Both the position numbers and the translations under genes were made by a program. A stretch of DNA of 63,195 bases, filler included. It is 9 parts of 9 records of this genome, joined end to end, with 100 filler letters (N's around TTAATTAATTAA, not from the genome) between each part and the next. Parts side by side here need not be neighbours in the genome. Positions count along the whole stretch, not along the records: positions 55,961 to 59,860 come from SRR7504441_3446; positions 59,961 to 63,195 come from SRR7504441_3453; 7 more parts are not named here. One strand, written 5' to 3'. This document shows, in pieces, positions 56,502-63,195 of the stretch (within the stretch, counting starts at the first letter, position 1; each line of letters begins with the position of its first letter). The notes under the pieces were generated by a model. It was not told the DNA's origin, did not search any database, and saw only the letters and a list, made by a program, of their open reading frames with translations.

Positions 56502-56915
56502 GCCTCCGCAGCAGCGCTGCTGCCTTGCTGATCTGGCACTGGCGGTGAAGTCCAACCGTCTGGCCGTTACGAAGTGTGCGGAGAGAGGGCCGGGCTGAGT
56601 ACTGCGGTTCAGTAGGTCTATAGTAGTCTGTACTCTAGACAAGTAATAAATAGACAAGTTACGAAGAACTTTAGTATTGAAGCCGTGGGTCGTGCGAAGA
56701 TCTTACAAGTTGTCACGAGCGTTACGAGTAGAAAGCCGATGTAAACGACTGATTTGGTGTGAAGTTTCGATCTAATTTTGATCATGATCAAGTTTTGACG
56801 ACTATTACGTAGATCCACTTAGAATTGCACGGATACTCAGTACATGATTGTACTAGTAAGTGAACCGATACAAATACGTTTACGAGCTCTAGACCACGCA
56901 GCATACGAGGATCAA

Positions 56916-59507
56916 TCACATGACCGCGCATCCCGCGCACACACCCTGGTCTTTGCCGACTGACCGGGCCGGCGGTGGGCTGATGCTGCCTTGCGCCGTG
57001 TTCATCATGTCCTCCACCCGCTGCACATCCTCCTGCGCCTCCTGTTCCTGGAGCAGCCGCTGCTGACGCGCTTCCTCCTCCTCCTCCTGCTGCTGCTGAA
57101 ATGCGGCCTTCTCCTCCTCCAACCTCTGATAGCTCGTCGCCTGCAGAGCGTCAACGGCCAAAGCACCGACCACCCGACCTGCCAGAGCGCTCGCTTCACC
57201 ACGCTCAGTGAGCCGGCCACGTCCTTGCTCGCCCTGATCAGATCGCGCCGGGCAGGCTCGGCTAGTGCCTCTACCCCTTCAAGCCCACGATTGGCTTCCA
57301 CCTGACGCAACAGTGAGCGCTTTGGCTAAACAAGCGCTCCACCAAGTTATCCAGTGTGCTCTGCCTCAACTCGGTCCGCTCTTGAATCACAGAGATCTCC
57401 ACTTCGGCCTTGTCTGCTCGCTCGCGCGCCTCCCCAGCAGTCTCCTCGCTCACCGCGTCCAGTGCAGCATTCGCCAGCGCATTAGCCTGCTCAGCGTCTT
57501 GCCTTGCTTGATCCACCAGCTCCGACCACTACCGCACAGCGCAATCAGCCACAGACCCGGACACGCACGCACCTGCTGCATCACGGCGGTCAGCTTGGCT
57601 TCGGCCTCGCTAGCCCGCCGGTGGAGCTCGGCGGTAGCCAGCATTTGGACCTCCTCCAGCTGGCTGCGCACTCGGTGCAATTTATCCTCCAACTGCTCCA
57701 GCGTCTGGACAACCACTCAGACCGCCCACCCGCCCACGCACCTCCGAAGCAGCGCCCGAAGATGCCTCGGCCTGCTCGCACAGCGTGGCGGCCTCGCCGC
57801 TCACTCTGGGAGGGGCCACAATGTGCATTTCCCGCAGGCTTAGAAGCGCCCGACTGGCGGTCGCCGCAGCCTCCTCGGCTTCGACCAGGCATTGGCCGGC
57901 CTGGAGCCTCATCTGCCTGAGCACGCCCTGGCTGTTGGCCAGCTGCTCCAGCTCGGCCCGGGGCACGCTGCCCAGCCCGGTCCTTACAGACTCTACCAGC
58001 TTGAGCACTCCACTCGCACAATCGTCCGCAGCAGCACTGGCTGTGTCGGCCTGCACCTTCGCCAGCTCCACACTCTCAATCTGCTCACTCGCCCTGCCCT
58101 GGCTCAGCCTATGGCGCCCAGCCTCGCACTTGCTGTGCCAGGCGGCGTTCTCGTTCTCAGCGCTCGCAGCCGCCTCGATTTGCTCGCCGGCTTCAAGACT
58201 CGCCTGCCCGCCCTTTCGCGCCTCTAGTCGGACAGACGGGCACAGTCTGAGCAAATTCGTGTCCCTCGCTGGCCATCTTGACCATGTCCGCCAGCTCGGC
58301 TATCAACTCATCTGCCGCCAGGCTCGGCCGGGCCTTCCACCGCCGACCCACCATCCAACCCTGATTGGCGAGCGCAAAGCAACGCTGTCTCCAGATCGCT
58401 CACACGCTCGCCAATCTCCTGGCAAGCCGCATCCACCTCCCGGCTTCGGGCCACCGCCTTGGTCCTCGGCGTCTGACCCGTCCCCTCGTTCGCAAATGCC
58501 TGCGCAATCCGAGAATGCAGCCGCTGCGTCTGTGCCAGCAGTTTCTCTGCCTTCTCTATGTGCCCCTTCCCCCGCGCTGCCTGCTCCTCAGCAGCCCGCC
58601 GCTCCTCAGCCAGCTTGGCGCTCGCCAGCTCTCGCGCCCGGATCTCGCCCTCAGCAAGCTCCCGGGCCTGACGTTCCTTGCCTGCTGCCATCAGAGCCTC
58701 GCGCTCTGCCAGCTCAGCTCTGTGAGCTGCCTCCAGTGACTGCCGCCGATCCCTTTTGGCCCGCTCGGCCTCCTCCGTCGCGGCGTGCAGCTGCTCCTCC
58801 AGCTCGATCCGCCGCTGGCTCTGCGCCTGGATCTCTGACAAAGCCACCTGCGCACGCTCTCGCCCCGGCCAGCGCTACACTGTGTGCCTGCTTCTCCGCG
58901 TGTGCAAAGTTGAGAAACCGCGCGGTCTTGGGGTGCCGAAGCCCAGGGCCATTCAGGATCTGCAGCCCAGGCTCAGCCCAGGCCGGCGGCTGCAGCACCG
59001 CCTCGAGAAGCCCAGAGAGTCCGAGTGTTCGCTCCTGAAGCACCGACTCGGACTCGGAGAACATGCGCTTCTTGAGCGCGGGTGGCAGCTCGACCCGATC
59101 TTCCTTGAGCCCCGCCACCAGCTGGTCAAACTCCTTGAACCGGCTGCCCACGCCCGTCCCGGCTGCCCGCGGCTGGGCGCGCACCGCTGGACTTCCCAGT
59201 TGACGGTGTAATTGCTCAGCGGCTCGGCGGCGGGGCCGGACGGCTGGACGGACCGGGCGGCGCAGCTGATCACGTACTCGGTGTAGCTGCCGTTGTGGTC
59301 CTTCTGCTTGATGCAATCGGTCACAGAGGCGCTCACAGACTCGAACGGGAGCGGGGCCGCCGCCGTCTCGGTGGGGCAGCTCACATGCCGGACCCCCGGG
59401 CTGGCCGGCGAGCCCGGGCTCCCCCCGTCCGGGCTGGCCGGCGACCCCGCGGGGCGCTCAGCCCTGGGGCTCTCCTCCTCGTCAACAGACGCCAGTGCAG
59501 ACGCCAG
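56916..59507 (-). CDS. PX-domain protein with long coiled coil, multi-exon (no in-frame ATG upstream of the PX domain)
   Basis: YTEYVI, WEVQR|RFKEFDQL, LPPALKK, ERTLGLSGLL and FL, typical of a PX domain. E/A/R/Q-rich heptads follow. Confidence 0.75.
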
Positions 59508-59611
59508 TGCAGCCTCGCGACCACCCCCTCGCTGCCTCGTGTTGGCTCGATTCGTGTGGAACAAATCAACGGCAAAGCCGCTCGGCTTCCACTCCGACGC
59601 ACTTCGCCGTA

Positions 59612-59860
59612 ATGGAAAAGCGGCTGGCGATCAGCATTCTCCCAAGGGTGGCATCCGAGCTCCCAGTACACCCGAGGCCGCTCGCGCTTTGGGCGCTCAC
59701 GGGCCGGGAGCCCTCCGCTGCGGTGGCGGCGCTGCGGGAGGAGCTGGCCGAGCAGGCTTGCGAGGAGCACGGGCTGGCGAGCGCACGGGGTGCGGCTGCA
59801 GGCCGAGCGCTGAGGCTGCTGGCCGGGAGCGGGGAGACGGCGGGGGCGCTGCGGCTGGTG
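59612..59860 (+). CDS. Hypothetical protein, 3'-partial
   Basis: ATG at 59612, with an Ala/Leu-rich GC3-biased frame running into the spacer. Confidence 0.4.
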
Positions 59861-59981
59861 NNNNNNNNNNNNNNNNNNNNNNNNNNNNNNNNNNNNNNNN
59901 NNNNTTAATTAATTAANNNNNNNNNNNNNNNNNNNNNNNNNNNNNNNNNNNNNNNNNNNNCCCCCCCCCCCCCCCCCCCCC

Positions 59982-60572
59982 GCCCCCCAGAAGCTCGTCA
60001 GACTTGGCTGGGTATGGGCCAGACGGCTCGTGCACGCGCTCGAGAGCAATGCCCCCTGGATCGCTAGCACCCGACCATCGCCTTGCAATGATCAGCCGTC
60101 CCGTCACACGACACGCTGAGCGCCTTGCCGGAGGCCGTGTACTTCTTATACGCCCAATCACAGATGCACCACGGCTGCCCCACGTGCTCGGCGCACCAAT
60201 CGGTCTGCCCTGTCGTGCTGCCCGGCCGCTCAGCTCGAACAGATGGGGGGGCAGCCCACCTGCAGAAGTCTGCCGGGAGGCTCGCGACTTGGACACAGTG
60301 CACTCTATCGGCATTCTTGCACCCCCCAGCCGGCACCTGCGTAAGGGTGTCGGCTCGTTTACCGCCGGGCCGCGCACCGCGCCGGTCATCTGGAGAGACG
60401 ACTCCGTGCAAGCAGAGGGTCGGGTGTGGGCCGCCTGTCGGCCGCTGAGCCCCGGGGGTGGCGATGACGGGACCGGGTGGTCAACTTCGCTCAGCTCCTG
60501 CGCGCCGGTGTCGCCGGCGACCGACAGCGCGAGGCCGCAGAGCGCGGCCATCACGACCAACCTGGGAGCCAT
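59982..60572 (-). CDS. Secreted Cys-rich hypothetical protein (remotely DUF2237-like), multi-exon, 3'-partial
   Basis: Signal peptide MAPRLVVMAALCGLALSVAG. Downstream HCVQ..DFC..TGQTDWC..WCICDWAY. Confidence 0.45.
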
Positions 60573-60833
60573 AGTCAAGATCAACGGCTCTGGGAAATCC
60601 GGCAAGTCTCACTGTCTCAGGGCTTTGCGTGCCTGGCCAAGTGGCCATGGTGCAGCGCGTCGGACTACGTCGGACTGGAGCAGCTCGCCTGTGGTCAAAC
60701 CCGCATGCAACTATTTATTGGGACATTGACCATTGAAATTCTTGAGCTCAGAACATTGAACAAGTTTTTACTTTCTGCTTATTTCTACCGTACTCAATGA
60801 TTGTACACTGAATGATGAGGTCAAACTAGTCGT

Positions 60834-63045
60834 TTAGCAGCTATTCAGGCAGCCAGTGATCACCTCTAGCAGCCTCGCCCTGGCGGTCTCATCCGCGCTC
60901 TCAATATACGTATGGTTGTGCCCGAGCGCCACCAGCGCGTTGAGCGACGGCACTTGCAACACCCAGCTTGTCCCCTCTTGCACGCCACTCTCTGCGGGCG
61001 CCTCCACCACCTCAGCGTCGCAAATCCCGGCCTGCCGGCCCGGTCGGCCTGTCCTCGGCTGGAGGCAACCTTCACCATCTCTTCGAGCACTTTGTGGGCG
61101 GTCGTGTTACCGTACAAGACCTCCACAGGCTTGCCTCTGCTCGTGGGCGGCCGGAGCGTGATGAGGGCATCACTCACTCCCAAGTCCGCCACCACCCGCA
61201 CCTGCCGTCCGATCACCCACCACTGCCGCCAGTGCACTACCAGCGACTTCCCGCCCGTCCGGTCGGCCGGCATCGCCAGCCGCTCGGCCAGCTGCCCCCC
61301 ATCAGCCACAGCCGGGCCGCTCGCACACCTCGGGCGCCATAAACCCCTTCCGGCCGGCCGGTGCAAGCGGCACATGTGTCTCCACCAGCGGGACGAGCGC
61401 GTGGCAGCTGAGCTGCCGAGTGAGCTCCGACTTGAGCCCCTCGAGCACGCCGGCCCCGCCCTGCAGATACTCGAGCGGCAGCGCCAACTGCTCTGGCTCG
61501 AGCCGCTTGATCATGGAGGCCGCCTGTGCACAAGAGAGCCGTTGATCCAGTGGCTTGCTAAGCACGTTGATCTGCGCATTTGAAAGGTCTCGGGAGACTT
61601 GCTCAGCTAGTCGGCTGTCTGTGAGCACCAGCAGGCTGTTCGGGTCGGACCGCCATCGCCGGAGGAAGACCGGTGCCGGGCCCAGCCGTAGCGAGCTATG
61701 GCTGGCAAACACAGCGCACGGCTCGCGATACACTTGCGCCAGCAGCGGGTCGCCGGCTTGCTTGAACAGCTTGAGTCCACCGGACTCGACCAGCTCGGAT
61801 AGCACAAACGGGTGCTCGCCCTGGTGCGCCCGCTCCTGCCCGGCCGGTCCTGCTAAAAATAAATCGGCTGAGCCACCTGAAGCTGCGGGTTGAGCCATTC
61901 AGTCGCTAGCCTCGAGTAGCTCACAGCGGGCCCCGCCACCGGCGACACGAACAGCAACGGCACCCGCAGCCGCTTCTCCTGCAGCTTGGCCCATATCGCC
62001 TCGAGCAGCTCGCTCATCACTCCGCCGCTGGCCGCCACGGGGAATAGAACGTTCCCCCCCCTTGAGAGCGTCTCAACTGCCCGTGCTCGGACCACCAGCC
62101 GGCCGGCCCGCACCAGTCTGGCAGGCTATCTCGGCGAGCGCCTGATCAAACGGATCGCGCGCCCGGGTGGCTAGCCCTGTACAGAGCAGCAACGCCGGCT
62201 TGGTTAAAGCCTCCAGGTTGGCCGCCCGACATCTGAGGGAAGGAAGCTCCGGCCACGCTGTCTGCGCGAGCCAGGATATCTTTGAATATCCAGGTCAGCC
62301 CGGCCCGGCCCGGGCACACACCTTGAGCATGTCGGCGACGATCAGCCAGTTGGCCGAGCCAAGCTCGTGACCGGCACTAACTGCCGTAGCAGTCCATTGG
62401 TTCACCATCGTATGAGGCTGGTCGTAGGCCAGAACGGTCACCCAACCGAGCGCAGCCTCCATCTCCGATTGGGTGAACCCGGCGCTCAGCACCATCCCGG
62501 CGGGCGGCTCCGGCTCGGCCGCGCTGCCCGGCTGGCTCGGTCCGGCCGCCGGCGGGAGGGGCGCCTGCTCCCGCGCTCGCCGCTGGTGAGGATCACAAGC
62601 TCTTGCATCAAATCCCTGCGGAGCGGCTCGCCCCCGGGGGCGGTGCGCCGCACCTGGCCAGCCAGTAGGTCGGTTCGGTGCAGAGGACTCGGGCCCGGAA
62701 GCCGGCGGTTTTGGCCAGCATTGGCAGCCCCAGCATCCCTTCGGCAGACGAGATCAGCACGGCGTCCAGGCTCTCAACTTCCCGGCACTCCCACTGCCCG
62801 CCGGCTCGCGCCCGGTCCGGGCTTTCCGTTACCTCCGGGACCAGCCAGCACTTGGTGTGGCTATCGATCAGCTGCGGCTCGCGCCGGCGGCGTTTGCGGC
62901 CCTGGAGCGGGACTGGGGCGGGCTGGGGGAAGCGGAGCAACGGGCGGGGGTCGAGCGGGCAGTCAAGCAGCACCCGGAGCTCGGGCAGGTTGAGCACCAG
63001 CCCCGGGCACCCCGGGTCCGCCCCCAGGTGTTCGATGTCCAGCAT
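60834..63045 (-). CDS. INTS9: Integrator complex subunit 9 (inactive beta-CASP metallo-beta-lactamase), multi-exon
   Basis: RVLLDCPLD, DAVLISS..MLGLP, CTEPT, SAGHELGSANWLI, GGNVLFPV, SPVA...EWL and FASHSSLRLG. Confidence 0.88.
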
Positions 63046-63195
63046 TGGCCGGTACGCGCTAAGCTTCCGTTCCGGTACGGCGGGCTGCCCGCCGCTCAAC
63101 GTCCGTTGGGATCAATTGATTACGGACAGCTGAATCACAGTCAGTAAAATAGTATTTATGATTCCCTCATAGAAAGCCGTATAGGTACGCTAGAA

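Noticed and set aside
6002-59960. Regularly recurring TTAATTAATTAA within N runs, and ORFs ending in ...XXXLIN
   Set aside because: Artificial six-frame-stop contig linker, not a biological repeat or CRISPR array.
59961-59981. Poly-C run
   Set aside because: Located at a contig end; likely a sequencing homopolymer artefact.

Overview
This is eukaryotic (protist-type) genomic DNA. Nine short contigs are joined by eight identical 100-nt spacers (44 N + TTAATTAATTAA + 44 N), so adjacency across a spacer means nothing. The genome is gene-dense, with GC-rich coding regions, short AT-rich intergenic regions and many very small (mostly 37-50 nt) spliceosomal introns, mostly GT-AG and some GC-AG. 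These introns fragment the supplied ORF track. Splicing by eye recovers about 33 genes or gene fragments. They include a C-terminally broken axonemal dynein heavy chain, INTS9, a UBE4/Ufd2 ligase, PRPP synthetase, FKBP, transporters and many secreted hydrolases (GH16, GH20, GH32, GH51, LPMO-GH45, sulfatase, Ntn hydrolase), suggesting a flagellated heterotroph. The most notable items are: (1) a 9-intron DmdA-like (DMSP demethylase, GcvT family) gene with a putative transit peptide and a UVR-motif insertion; (2) a ~2135-aa Asteroid/XPG-like PIN nuclease + DExH helicase + 2x LOTUS-like + UVR fusion; (3) a two-pore channel whose spliced C-terminus looks like a PAS sensor domain; (4) an LPMO-GH45 fusion; (5) an intron-containing bacterial-type FdhA. 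All family calls come from recognising motifs by eye; no database searches were run.
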